Shown: positions 35,857 through 44,905 of the stretch, one piece after another
Layout: each line of letters starts with the position of its first letter
Numbering within the stretch: the stretch's first letter is position 1
Program-made: the position numbers and the translations under genes
The notes under the pieces: generated by a model
Database searches by the model: none
What the model was told of the DNA's origin: nothing
What the model saw: the letters and a program-made list of their open reading frames with translations, nothing else
From: Bacteroidota bacterium
Lineage (GTDB): Bacteria; Bacteroidota; Bacteroidia; Chitinophagales; Chitinophagaceae
Reading direction: 5' to 3'
Length of the DNA: 64,000 nucleotides
Assembly (NCBI GenBank): GCA_023391015.1
Contig: JAEWBT010000047.1
Span: forward strand, 8,119-72,118

Positions 35857-36757
35857 ATGGATTTATATCACTTTTTGCCTTAGTAATAATTTCTTCAATC
35901 TCGGTTTCGTTCACTAATGCACCGAACTTTAGTTGTTCTAACAAAGCCTTTGTCTGAGCAACGTTAATTTCATTTTTACCTACAAATTGTACCTCCATGT
36001 CTAAATTCATAACTTGACTTAGACTTTGTTTTAAGTCCTCACAATAGGCATCATAAAAAAAAGTTCCATTTTCATAGAGTAATGCGGGCTCCGCCGGGTC
36101 TTCTTTAGTGATAATTGCTGTGGAAGAAGAAATGTCGAGGCGAAACAAAGAAAAACTGTCTTTTAGACCTAATTTGATATTCAGCCGTGGTTGTTCAGCT
36201 TTCCACATATAGGCAGCAACGATCGTTGCCAGCAAATCTATTTGGACGCTTCTCATTGTTTTTCTATTTTTAGTACCTGATTTAAGGCTGTTTCTATAAG
36301 TTGCATAGCTCTCACATAACTTTTGATTGTTTGGGTTCATGATTTGAATAGCTACGTCAATTGATCGGTTCTTTTCTCTAGCAAGTGAAGCTAGAAAAGG
36401 TAAGGTTTGAGCTCTAGTATATTGGCCGCTTCCACCATTAAACCACCATTTTTCTGTATCTATTCGTGCCTTAGTCATAGTAGAGCCAATTTCTACTGGC
36501 TGAAGAATTTTCATTTGTGCATTGAGCTTGTTCTTTGGAGTTAACCAGAAAAGAAAAGTTCCTAGTCCCACTGTCACTAGTGTGCTGGTAAATAAGCCGT
36601 CAAGAATTTTATATAAAACTTCATTACTAAAATTTATTCTTTCTTGAGTCAAAAAAGGAATCAACAAATGCCTTACAAGAAATATAGCAAATAGAAGTAG
36701 AAATATAATTATGTAGAAGTATTTCCTCTGCTCCTTTGATGTTAGTTTGTCGATCAT
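35849..36757 (-). CDS. membrane protein with two N-terminal TM helices and a soluble C-terminal domain, function unknown
   Basis: YFYIIIFLLLFAIFLV and LFTSTLVTVGLGTFLFWL hydrophobic segments. 302 aa. Confidence 0.55.
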   Translation of the reverse strand: MIDKLTSKEQRKYFYIIIFLLLFAIFLVRHLLIPFLTQERINFSNEVLYKILDGLFTSTLVTVGLGTFLFWLTPKNKLNAQMKILQPVEIGSTMTKARIDTEKWWFNGGSGQYTRAQTLPFLASLAREKNRSIDVAIQIMNPNNQKLCESYATYRNSLKSGTKNRKTMRSVQIDLLATIVAAYMWKAEQPRLNIKLGLKDSFSLFRLDISSSTAIITKEDPAEPALLYENGTFFYDAYCEDLKQSLSQVMNLDMEVQFVGKNEINVAQTKALLEQLKFGALVNETEIEEIITKAKSDINPYG

Positions 36758-37279
36758 TTTCTAAGTTTTGTGTTGATTGGTTTTCTGGACTTTTTGCGCA
36801 TGATCTGTATTGTACGCCGTTATGAGCATTTTGCCTCAAACGCCTTCTTCAAAATACTCTGAAGGAATACCTCACCTGCTCGGCTGCGGACTTATGCGAT
36901 CACTGGGAGCGGGGAGGTTAACTATTCTTGTTTTGGATCATCCAATATTTAGTCAATGAGGGTTGATAAATCGGTTGGACACTTGACGCTGTATAATTTG
37001 CTACTTCTAATGATTAGGCCACTAATGTAATACACCCTGCATAAAAACAAAAACAAGCCGATCTGCAGCATACTAAGGCTATCTATTTTTAAGATGACTC
37101 CTCTCTAAACTCATTCCTTCCTTTATATTTGCCGCTCTTTTTCACCTGTACCCGTGCGCACTTCCTTTTTTACACGACTCATCCTGCGGAGCTATCTGAA
37201 GGAATATTACGTCTTGTGCCGGGAAAGGTCTCCGCATCCTTGAGATGCATCTGCTAAACCTGATTTTCCATCTTTTGGA

Positions 37280-37318
37280 AAGCCCCGCACGAAGCTTCGC
37301 TGCGGGGCTTTTTATTTC
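37280..37318 (+). terminator. strong rho-independent terminator with no upstream annotated plus-strand gene
   Basis: AAGCCCCGCA...TGCGGGGCTT 10-bp stem (with an inner CGAAGCTTCG palindrome), followed by TTTTATTT. Confidence 0.55.
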
Positions 37319-37429
37319 TCCCTCTTAAAACAATTCAACCCATGAAAAAAGAACAACGCTTCATGTCCCAACCATCGCGATCCGCCGCACCCTGCGGCGG
37401 TCTATTCCTGCAATGCAAAACCATGAAGC

Positions 37430-38167
37430 ATGGGCCACCCATCTTATCAACCAATAACAAACACAACTACCTGCCGGCTTCGTACCAAGCGCCAACGCCG
37501 GCGGGCACTTCTTGAAGACCGCGACAAGCAGCTTTTAAAGCTTGACAGAGAACACGCGCGCCTATGGGAGCAACGTAACAACCTGCCGTGGATACCGTTA
37601 GAGCCGCCTGTAATACGCGGCTGGAAACGCAGTTTTGTCCTTCGCGACGACGTCGCACGCCATAAAGACGCGCCGATGTACGAGCGGATTTTGAAGTGTA
37701 TCAATGAGGTTCAGTACAGCCACCGCCGCGACTTTAAAAAGAAGAAACGGAGCCGAGGCCGAAAAATTCACGTCGTGCGTGACCAGCAACTCAAACGCCT
37801 CGATAGCTGGGAATGGAACAAATGTGCGTTCACGCCGGAAGAAGCAGCTCACTTTGAGCTGGTGGAAAAGGTATCTTATCCGTGTGGTGCTGTTACCTAC
37901 CGCTACGTGTTCCGCGAATCCTGGCGTTTTGTTCTGCGTATCCAGCCGAACATCATCTCCCGAACCCGGCAGTACGACGCAAATCTGGAAGCCGAAATAA
38001 AAGCGATTGACAACTATCTTGACCGCACACAACAGCGTAACCGATTAAACAAGCTGCTACACGGCAGAAGTTGGAACTGGAAAAGCAGAAGGTCCGATGA
38101 TCTTCATTACACCAGCCGCCATCCCTTCCAGAATATTCCGCTCCACAACCTCTTAACCGAAGACTAA
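37430..38167 (+). CDS. basic hypothetical protein
   Basis: 245-aa ORF, Arg/Lys-rich but not low-complexity. First gene of the plus-strand RNA-repair operon. Confidence 0.5.
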   Translation: MGHPSYQPITNTTTCRLRTKRQRRRALLEDRDKQLLKLDREHARLWEQRNNLPWIPLEPPVIRGWKRSFVLRDDVARHKDAPMYERILKCINEVQYSHRRDFKKKKRSRGRKIHVVRDQQLKRLDSWEWNKCAFTPEEAAHFELVEKVSYPCGAVTYRYVFRESWRFVLRIQPNIISRTRQYDANLEAEIKAIDNYLDRTQQRNRLNKLLHGRSWNWKSRRSDDLHYTSRHPFQNIPLHNLLTED

Positions 38168-38183
38168 ATAATCCCAAAATACA

Positions 38184-38288
38184 ATGCTCCTAACTATTAC
38201 CCTCAACCGCGCACCCGATACTGACTTGGGCTACCTGTTGCACAAGCATCCTACTAAAGTGCAGCAGGTAGAAGCAGGTAGACATTAA
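38184..38288 (+). pseudogene. 34-codon remnant resembling the N-terminus of bacterial Hen1 RNA 3'-terminal 2'-O-methyltransferase
   Basis: My own translation gives MLLTITLNRAPDTDLGYLLHKHPTKVQQVEAGRH*. The MLLTIT...TDLGYLLHKHP signature is, from memory, the conserved bacterial Hen1 start. Confidence 0.4.
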
Positions 38289-38326
38289 GGCTGGCGTAGC
38301 CCCTCTCATTCAAACAACAGAATCCC

Positions 38327-39046
38327 ATGATTACCGCTAAATACGGTAGGACTTATCATTACCCTTTCTCGCCGGGTACCTCCTCCGACGACCGTATTCA
38401 ATACGATTACTGGCAGCATATACAAGGCATGTCCACCCTGCTGCACACTGAGAAGTTGGATGGTGAAAACAACTGCCTGAACCGCTACGGTGTCTTTGCC
38501 CGCTCACACGCCGCACCTACTACATCACCTTGGACGGCAGCCCTGCGGCAACGTTGGGAAAGCTTAAAGCACGACCTAGGCGACCTGGAGCTTTTTGGCG
38601 AGAACCTGTATGCTGTTCACTCCATAGAATACTACCGCTTGGAGCAGCACTACTTCGTCTTTGCCGTGCGTTGTTTGGATATGTGGTTGAGTTGGGAGGA
38701 AGTGCAGTTTTATGCTGCTGCATTCGACTTTCCTACAGTGCCACTGTTAGCACAAACCAGCGACTTTCAGAACGAGGCCACCTTTAAAGCAACAGTATTG
38801 TCGCTTGCTGCGCAACGAAGCGGATTTGACTCCCACGATGTGCAAAGCGGTAAGTCTTGTACACGCGAAGGCATTGTGAGTCGAAACAGCGATGCCTTTC
38901 CCGTGGCGGCACTCGGCGAAAATGTATTTAAGTACGTACGCAAAGGGCACGTGAAAACCGACGCGCATTGGACGCGTCACTGGAAACGCGCCCGCCTTAT
39001 TCACGAACAAAAACCTGGCAGCCATGGAACCAATTCTTTCGAATAA
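38327..39046 (+). CDS. ATP-dependent RNA ligase (PF09414/Rnl-type nucleotidyltransferase)
   Basis: Motif I TEKLDGEN (KxDG), motif III LFGENLY, motif IV REGIVSR, motif V FKYVRKGHV. Confidence 0.75.
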   Translation: MITAKYGRTYHYPFSPGTSSDDRIQYDYWQHIQGMSTLLHTEKLDGENNCLNRYGVFARSHAAPTTSPWTAALRQRWESLKHDLGDLELFGENLYAVHSIEYYRLEQHYFVFAVRCLDMWLSWEEVQFYAAAFDFPTVPLLAQTSDFQNEATFKATVLSLAAQRSGFDSHDVQSGKSCTREGIVSRNSDAFPVAALGENVFKYVRKGHVKTDAHWTRHWKRARLIHEQKPGSHGTNSFE

Positions 39047-40130
39047 AGACTGGAACAATCTCCTGCAACGCTATGCGTGGGTTCGGGACATGGAAGGTGT
39101 GCCGCAAGACCCTCGTCACCATGCGGAGGGGGATGTGGCTACGCATACTCGTATGGTGCTGGATGCACTTGTCGGCTTGCCTGAATATCAAGGCCTTAAC
39201 CCGCATCTGCAAGAGGTGATTTGGATAGCCGCGCTGCTGCATGATGTAGAAAAACGCAGCACTACCTTTCGCGAGGAAGACGGCAGCATTGTATCGCCCG
39301 GCCACGCCAAGAAAGGGGCACTCACTACACGGCACATCCTGATGACAGGACTGCCGGTGCCTTTTGCCACACGGGAGGCCATTGTAGGATTGGTGCGCTA
39401 TCATGGTCTGCCGCTTTGGGTGATGCATAAGCCCGATCCGCAAAAAGCTTTGCTCGCCGTTTCGCTCGCCGTCAATACCGAATGGCTGGCGATGTTGGCT
39501 AAGGCCGATGTATTGGGCCGCATCTGCACAGATAGGACAGAGCTGTTGGAGCGGATTGAATTTTTTGAGGCCTATTGCAAAGAACAGGGTTGCTGGGGCA
39601 CTGCCTATGCTTTTGCGAGCGACGCAGCCCGCTTCGAATATTTTCATAAGGAAGGCGGCAGTCCGCTCTACAAACCCCACGAGGCGGCTATTTGCGAGGT
39701 GACGATGCTCTGTGGCCTGCCTGGTATGGGCAAGGATTTTTACTTCCGTCAGCATTGTCCCGATCTGCCCGTGGTAAGCCTGGATGCTATCCGCCGTGCG
39801 CACAAGCTCAAGCCTGATGATAAAGCCGCCACAGGCTGGGTAGTGCAGCAGGCAAAGGAAGCAGCACGCGTACACCTGCGTGCAAAGCAGAATTTTGTGT
39901 GGAATGCCACCAATATCACCCGTCAGATGCGTAGTCAACTCATCGCACTCTTTGCAGATTATGGCGCGCGGATAAAGCTGGTGTATGTAGAAAAGCCTTT
40001 CCACACCTGGCGGACGCAGAATGCGGAGCGGGAACATGTCGTTCCGATTAGCGTACTGAATAAGCTACTGAATAAGCTGGAAGTACCTACGGCGGATGAG
40101 GCGCATGAAGTAGTTTACTGGGTGGCTTAA
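39024..40130 (+). CDS. HD-domain phosphohydrolase fused to a P-loop (AAA_33-type) polynucleotide-kinase-like domain
   Basis: HHAEGDVATH...ALLHDVEK (HD motifs). Walker A CGLPGMGKD in the C-terminal half. Confidence 0.7.
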   Translation: MEPILSNKDWNNLLQRYAWVRDMEGVPQDPRHHAEGDVATHTRMVLDALVGLPEYQGLNPHLQEVIWIAALLHDVEKRSTTFREEDGSIVSPGHAKKGALTTRHILMTGLPVPFATREAIVGLVRYHGLPLWVMHKPDPQKALLAVSLAVNTEWLAMLAKADVLGRICTDRTELLERIEFFEAYCKEQGCWGTAYAFASDAARFEYFHKEGGSPLYKPHEAAICEVTMLCGLPGMGKDFYFRQHCPDLPVVSLDAIRRAHKLKPDDKAATGWVVQQAKEAARVHLRAKQNFVWNATNITRQMRSQLIALFADYGARIKLVYVEKPFHTWRTQNAEREHVVPISVLNKLLNKLEVPTADEAHEVVYWVA

Positions 40131-40277
40131 TCAAAAAGTGTCCTCGCGGTTTTGAGACGTGGGGACACTTTACTTTATACCGTCGTGGGTTCCTACATTT
40201 AAGCAAGCTGGAAAATCATGTTAGCTTGCTTTCCTTATAGCCGATCAATATTTCTACAGATACGCTGAAAGGAAATC

Positions 40278-41123
40278 TTAGGCGACTAGATATTTTTCTA
40301 CCGGAAGGCAGGGTATTCTCTCCACCTTCCGGTAGGAATCTGTCGTGTAAATCGCATCCACGCCAGGTATTTCAATGCCTTTGCTAAAAATACCGTGGCT
40401 TACAATAAGGACGATGGTTTGCGCGCCTTTCGCCTTAAGCATCTGCGCGGTACCCGCGAAAGTTCCACCACCGTCGCAGATATCATCTACGATAAAGCAG
40501 GTCTGGCCGCTGAGGTCTTCTGTCGTTGTTTTAAAAGAGGTAAGCGCACCCGTCTTGAGGTCACGTTCCTTCATACACTCCACCACATTGTCTACGCCGA
40601 GATAGGCAGCGAGTTTATGGATCTTTTTTAGTGCGCCCGCGTCCGGCGAAACAAGGCAATAGTTATCAACGGTATGTTTCGTTTGATAATCCGCTATTGC
40701 ATCACGAACGAACAGATGGTTGGGCACTGCGTAAGACCGATCAATCAGCGCCGTGCTTACTTCTGAATGCGGGTCAAAGATTTTCACCTTTTTAAAGGCA
40801 GCCGCATTGAGCATAGTGGCAATCACCTTAAGCGAAAAGGGCTCGCCTTCCAGCATCACCCTGTCCATGCGCGCAGCCAGCAGATAGGAGAGATGGAGTT
40901 CTATGTGTGTGAACTCCAAATAATCCAGCGTGTTCTTCGCAAATAATAAGAGCAACAAATCGGCTGCGTTAGCCGTTCTGGCCAGAATACGGATGGGGAC
41001 TGTTCGGTCCATGTTTTCCAGACTAGCCATATCTATTTTCAGATGAGGCTGACCGTCGGGAAAGATCATTGCTTGGTAGTGCAGGTCAGAATGCTCCGGG
41101 TAGATGAGGTTGAGGGTTTTCAT
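40278..41123 (-). CDS. ribose-phosphate pyrophosphokinase homologue (Prs-like; alternatively Adps-like)
   Basis: 281 aa. PRPP-binding loop CFIVDDICDGGGT and an N-terminal Prs-like domain. Confidence 0.8.
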   Translation of the reverse strand: MKTLNLIYPEHSDLHYQAMIFPDGQPHLKIDMASLENMDRTVPIRILARTANAADLLLLLFAKNTLDYLEFTHIELHLSYLLAARMDRVMLEGEPFSLKVIATMLNAAAFKKVKIFDPHSEVSTALIDRSYAVPNHLFVRDAIADYQTKHTVDNYCLVSPDAGALKKIHKLAAYLGVDNVVECMKERDLKTGALTSFKTTTEDLSGQTCFIVDDICDGGGTFAGTAQMLKAKGAQTIVLIVSHGIFSKGIEIPGVDAIYTTDSYRKVERIPCLPVEKYLVA

Positions 41124-41854
41124 TTGTTGCGGCCTTTTTCAGTGGGATAAAACTGTTTTACTGTATCACTCTGCCAATACTGTTTGGTGTCGGCATCCAG
41201 CGCCGACAGCTTCCCATAATAGGCGGCTCCCGTGTCTAGATTCCACACGTTGCATCCTTGCATGGGCACTTCAATACCGTAGTTCAAAGTCGGTGTGTGG
41301 CCGATAAAAATCTCCTTAAAAAGCAGTAGCTGCCGTGGATAAAGTTTAGTTTCTCCACGTATATAGCTATCCTTTTCCAAAGCCATATTCCAAAGTGTGC
41401 GGTCTAAGAAAAAAGTACTTTCATGGTATTCTTTCGCTGGGCCATCCATAGAGCAAAAGCCCCCATGAATGAAAAGCCGGTTTTGCTCATCTACATAGTA
41501 GTTGTACAGGTTTTGGAAGAACTCCAAATGTGCTGTCCGTCGCGAATGGCTTAGTTCAGAATAGCTTGCTATTGTTGCTTCCCCTCCGCTGTTGAGCCAC
41601 ACTTTTTGTGGCGTTTCTCCCCGCAACCAACTCTCGCACCAAATGTCATGATTGCCGCGGATGAAGATGCAGTTGTGCTTCTTTTTCAGCGCTATCAGAA
41701 AATCTATCACTTGCGCCGACTGAGACCAGCCGTCTACGTAGTCTCCAAGAAATATGAGACGGTCATCAGGAGAAAGACCAACACGGTTAATCAACTGCTC
41801 CAACGCACGCAGGCTGCCGTGAATGTCGCCGATAACAAGAGTTCTTGGATTCAT
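41120..41854 (-). CDS. calcineurin-like metallophosphoesterase (lambda-phosphatase/PrpE type)
   Basis: VIGDIHG, FLGDYVDGW and IRGNHD motifs. ATG at 41854 preferred. Confidence 0.8.
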   Translation of the reverse strand: MNPRTLVIGDIHGSLRALEQLINRVGLSPDDRLIFLGDYVDGWSQSAQVIDFLIALKKKHNCIFIRGNHDIWCESWLRGETPQKVWLNSGGEATIASYSELSHSRRTAHLEFFQNLYNYYVDEQNRLFIHGGFCSMDGPAKEYHESTFFLDRTLWNMALEKDSYIRGETKLYPRQLLLFKEIFIGHTPTLNYGIEVPMQGCNVWNLDTGAAYYGKLSALDADTKQYWQSDTVKQFYPTEKGRNK

Positions 41855-41864
41855 AAAAGGAAGT

Positions 41865-42416
41865 CTACGCAACGTCCGTGCTGATGTACTGTGATGGTAC
41901 GGCATCCGTCAGCCAAACACCGTTTGCAGACAGGAAAAACTGGTATCCTTCCCGGTGCATATCGCCGCTCTTGACGGTGAGAATAATGGGCTTACCGCGC
42001 CGCTGCCCAACAACTGTAGCGGTGTCTTGGTCCTTACTCAAATGCACATGCTGGCGACTCATTTTCCGGATGCCTTCTTTCCGAATTGCAGGAAGCACAG
42101 CTCCTACCGTTCCATGGTATAAATGCTCAGGCGGCTGCTGCGGGATGAGACCTAGCTCAACATCTATGGAGTGTCCCTGACTCGCTCTGATTTTTGTTTT
42201 ATCCTCATTGAGCGCAAAGCGTTGTTTAGCATTCTCCCGGACTATTTCCATCAGTTCATCTGACGAAAGTGGATGGCCATGGGCTGCCATTTTGCGGAGC
42301 AATTCAGAGACGTCAGCCCAGCCTTGATCGTTTAGCTGTAAACCAATTGTTTCCGGTTTATGCCGGAGGATGAGGCTGAGAAATTTGCTGGTTTGAGTGG
42401 TTTGTTGCGGAGTCAT
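41865..42416 (-). CDS. kptA: RNA 2'-phosphotransferase Tpt1/KptA
   Basis: SKFLSLILRHKPE...DQGWADVSELL...RASQGHS...LYHGT family signature. 183 aa. Confidence 0.85.
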   Translation of the reverse strand: MTPQQTTQTSKFLSLILRHKPETIGLQLNDQGWADVSELLRKMAAHGHPLSSDELMEIVRENAKQRFALNEDKTKIRASQGHSIDVELGLIPQQPPEHLYHGTVGAVLPAIRKEGIRKMSRQHVHLSKDQDTATVVGQRRGKPIILTVKSGDMHREGYQFFLSANGVWLTDAVPSQYISTDVA

Positions 42417-42453
42417 TTGGGATGGATTGAGAAGAATGTTCTGAAGTCCCTTC

Positions 42454-43944
42454 TTAATAAGAATGAGCTGCTAGTCGCTGCGCTAAATCTTCTATATCAT
42501 TTCTCCTTGCCAAGACGGCTATCCATGTCGCCGGTATGCTTTCGCAGCCATATAAAAGTCCTGCTAGTCCACCCGTAACAGCAGCGGTTGTGTCTGTATC
42601 GCTTCCCAGGTTTACGGCTTTCAGGACCGCATCGCTGTAGTTATCGGTTGTCATCAGGCACCACAAGCTCGCTTCCAAGGTGCTCAGTACATATCCATTT
42701 GAGTTCACCTCAGTTTCTTGTGCTTTTTCAATCGCTGTAAAAGAGTTGCTATCGGTAGGGTTGTGCAGAATACGGCGGAACTTCTTGCATTCTGCTTCTG
42801 GACAATCAGGATGTGCGTCTAGAAAAGAGCTGACCTCAGTATGCAGAAATTCTAACGCTGCTGTTTTTGCTGCGCCGGAAAGGAGCTGGATCGCGAACTC
42901 TGTGTAGATGAAACAAGCGATGATGGACCGGATGTGACCATGGGTGAGTGAAGACACTTCCCGTACGTGTTCAAAGCGCTGGGGCATCGGCAACTTCTTT
43001 GTGTAGAAGATCAGCGGCAGAATGCGCATCAGCGAGCCATTACCATTGCTGTCTTCATCGCTTCCGCCCGCAAGCACAGGATTACACCCACGTGCTAGCT
43101 CACTGATAGCAGCGGAGGTGGCGATGCCAATGTCAAACACCCTTCCATGCGCCGACCAATGTCCGTATTTCTTCCATTTGACAAAGCGGTTTGCCAGATT
43201 TTGAAGATCGTAACTGCCGCACAGCATTTCCGCCAGGCAGAACGTGAGGGCGCTATCATCTGACCACGTGCCTGCTTTCTGCTGGTGTGTGCCATACGCG
43301 CGCATGTTGGTTACAGGATTGTAGCGGAGTGCTTCTCTTGAAACAAACTCCACCGGAACTCCCAAAGCGTCACCAACAGCAAGGCCGAGTAAAGCGTCTT
43401 TTACAGGATTGCGTGAACTCTTCGCTGTGATCTGTTCTTTAAGCAAACGCTCATAAATGCTGTAATTCTCGTCGTCAAAGCAAACAAAAAGAATGCGGTT
43501 AAAAGCATCAGAAGGCTTGAAGTTTCTTACGGCTTCAAGGGCTATTACAGCAGCTTTTTCTTTTGGAAAATGATAAATGCCGGTGCTGATATTTGGGAAA
43601 GCAATGGTCTTAATTCCATTCTCTATCGCAAGTTGTAAGGAGTTCCTATAACAAGATGCGAGCAGCTTAGCTTTTTCTTCTTTGTCGCCATTCCAAACTG
43701 GTCCGACTGTATGTATGACATACTTCGCGGGAAGATTTCCACCCGTAGTTATTACAGCGTCACCCGTAACACATCCACCCTGTCGGTCTCGGATGCCCAT
43801 GCATGCTTCAAGAATAGCAGGTCCACCTTTTCGGTGGATAGCTCCGTCAACACCACCTCCGCCAAGCAGAGAGCTGTTAGCGGCATTTACGATGGCGTCA
43901 ACTGACAGCGTTGTAATGTCTGCTTTGATGAGTTCTATGTTCAT
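42454..43944 (-). CDS. macro domain fused to ADP-ribosylglycohydrolase (ARH/DraG family)
   Basis: N-terminal part: [29 protein letters not shown] (macro). C-terminal part: [14 protein letters not shown]...[16 protein letters not shown] (ARH). Confidence 0.85.
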   Translation of the reverse strand: MNIELIKADITTLSVDAIVNAANSSLLGGGGVDGAIHRKGGPAILEACMGIRDRQGGCVTGDAVITTGGNLPAKYVIHTVGPVWNGDKEEKAKLLASCYRNSLQLAIENGIKTIAFPNISTGIYHFPKEKAAVIALEAVRNFKPSDAFNRILFVCFDDENYSIYERLLKEQITAKSSRNPVKDALLGLAVGDALGVPVEFVSREALRYNPVTNMRAYGTHQQKAGTWSDDSALTFCLAEMLCGSYDLQNLANRFVKWKKYGHWSAHGRVFDIGIATSAAISELARGCNPVLAGGSDEDSNGNGSLMRILPLIFYTKKLPMPQRFEHVREVSSLTHGHIRSIIACFIYTEFAIQLLSGAAKTAALEFLHTEVSSFLDAHPDCPEAECKKFRRILHNPTDSNSFTAIEKAQETEVNSNGYVLSTLEASLWCLMTTDNYSDAVLKAVNLGSDTDTTAAVTGGLAGLLYGCESIPATWIAVLARRNDIEDLAQRLAAHSY

Positions 43945-44495
43945 TGTTCTTTTAGTTTATCACGTACTTCCATTAAAGCATATCCCAGCAAGTTTTCGCC
44001 ACGCCAGTTTGCCGGATGATGAATCTGCGGATGGTCTGCTGCCATGCCTGTTCCCCAAATGGCATCTACTGGACTAGCTTCAACGATAACTCGATCTGCG
44101 GTACTCAACAGGTACATCTTCAGCGATTCATGCTGACTGAACTTCAGGTAATTTCCGGAAATCACGATTTCATTCTTTTGCGTTTCCCAGAGACTAGGAT
44201 CAAAGTCTTTTACTGCACGCCCAAGTTCTTTTGCTTCTGCAGGCGTCTTCGCAGTAAGTATGTGTGCAAGCGTATCAGCATCGCCGAAAAGCCGAGCTTT
44301 ACCAGCCATCATCCAATGCTCGGCAGTAGGGTAGATCTGTCCATCTTCCCGGAATGGAGAGCCTTCCCACCATTGGCTAAAGCAGGACGCTGTGATGCTA
44401 CCATCTTTAGAAGGACGGTGGCCCCAGAAGAATAAGTATTTTGGTTGACGGCCTTCCTCAATCTGAGCAAGCAGCCACTTGTTGCTGTATCTCAT
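43941..44495 (-). CDS. NADAR (YbiA/DUF1768) family protein
   Basis: FFWGH...CFSQWW...[16 protein letters not shown]...[12 protein letters not shown]. Confidence 0.8.
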   Translation of the reverse strand: MRYSNKWLLAQIEEGRQPKYLFFWGHRPSKDGSITASCFSQWWEGSPFREDGQIYPTAEHWMMAGKARLFGDADTLAHILTAKTPAEAKELGRAVKDFDPSLWETQKNEIVISGNYLKFSQHESLKMYLLSTADRVIVEASPVDAIWGTGMAADHPQIHHPANWRGENLLGYALMEVRDKLKEQ

Positions 44496-44905
44496 GACTT
44501 GAATTTTTGCAGAATTGCTGTGAGTTCATTATCGTCAGGTAGAGTTGCTCCTTTCCCTGAGAATGCATTAACCACCCTAATGCAGCCAATGATTTGATTG
44601 TTGAATTCCTCCAAATCCTCCGCTGGTATCCAAAGCTCATCATGTCCATTATTGCCTACATTTTGAACAGGGTATTTTGATAGAAAGGAAGTCTCCAAAT
44701 CAAAAGCTGTTACTACGCCCCAATAGTCGCCAAAGGCGTCTGCGGTATTCCACTCGCGTGCGATTTGCTCTGCATAAGCTTGATGGATCACCGGATAGAA
44801 AATGGGTTGCCAAGCAAGCCGGGGAGGAAAGCGCTTCCAGCCAGAATGCTTAATAAGCGCCAGTTCCTTCAACCCGACGGGCCGGTACAGTGTTTTGCAG
44901 TTCAT
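44492..44905 (-). CDS. conserved hypothetical protein in the NAD/ADP-ribose operon
   Basis: 137-aa ORF with a 4-bp overlap with the NADAR gene. Its start lies 56 nt inside the nadV 3' end. Function not recognised. Confidence 0.5.
   Translation of the reverse strand: MNCKTLYRPVGLKELALIKHSGWKRFPPRLAWQPIFYPVIHQAYAEQIAREWNTADAFGDYWGVVTAFDLETSFLSKYPVQNVGNNGHDELWIPAEDLEEFNNQIIGCIRVVNAFSGKGATLPDDNELTAILQKFKS

Noticed and set aside
37342-37512. 56-aa plus-strand ORF (MKKEQRFMSQPSRS...) overlapping the start of the 245-aa ORF in another frame.
   Set aside because: It is short, has no recognisable features, and competes with a longer ORF that has protein-like composition. It may be a leader peptide, but that is unsupported.
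44850-44905. 56-nt overlap between the nadV 3' end and the start of the 137-aa ORF, as a possible recoding or fusion signal.
   Set aside because: The two are in different frames and I saw no slippery motif. More likely nadV has a slightly extended C-terminus or the downstream gene uses this start. This cannot be resolved without homologue alignment.
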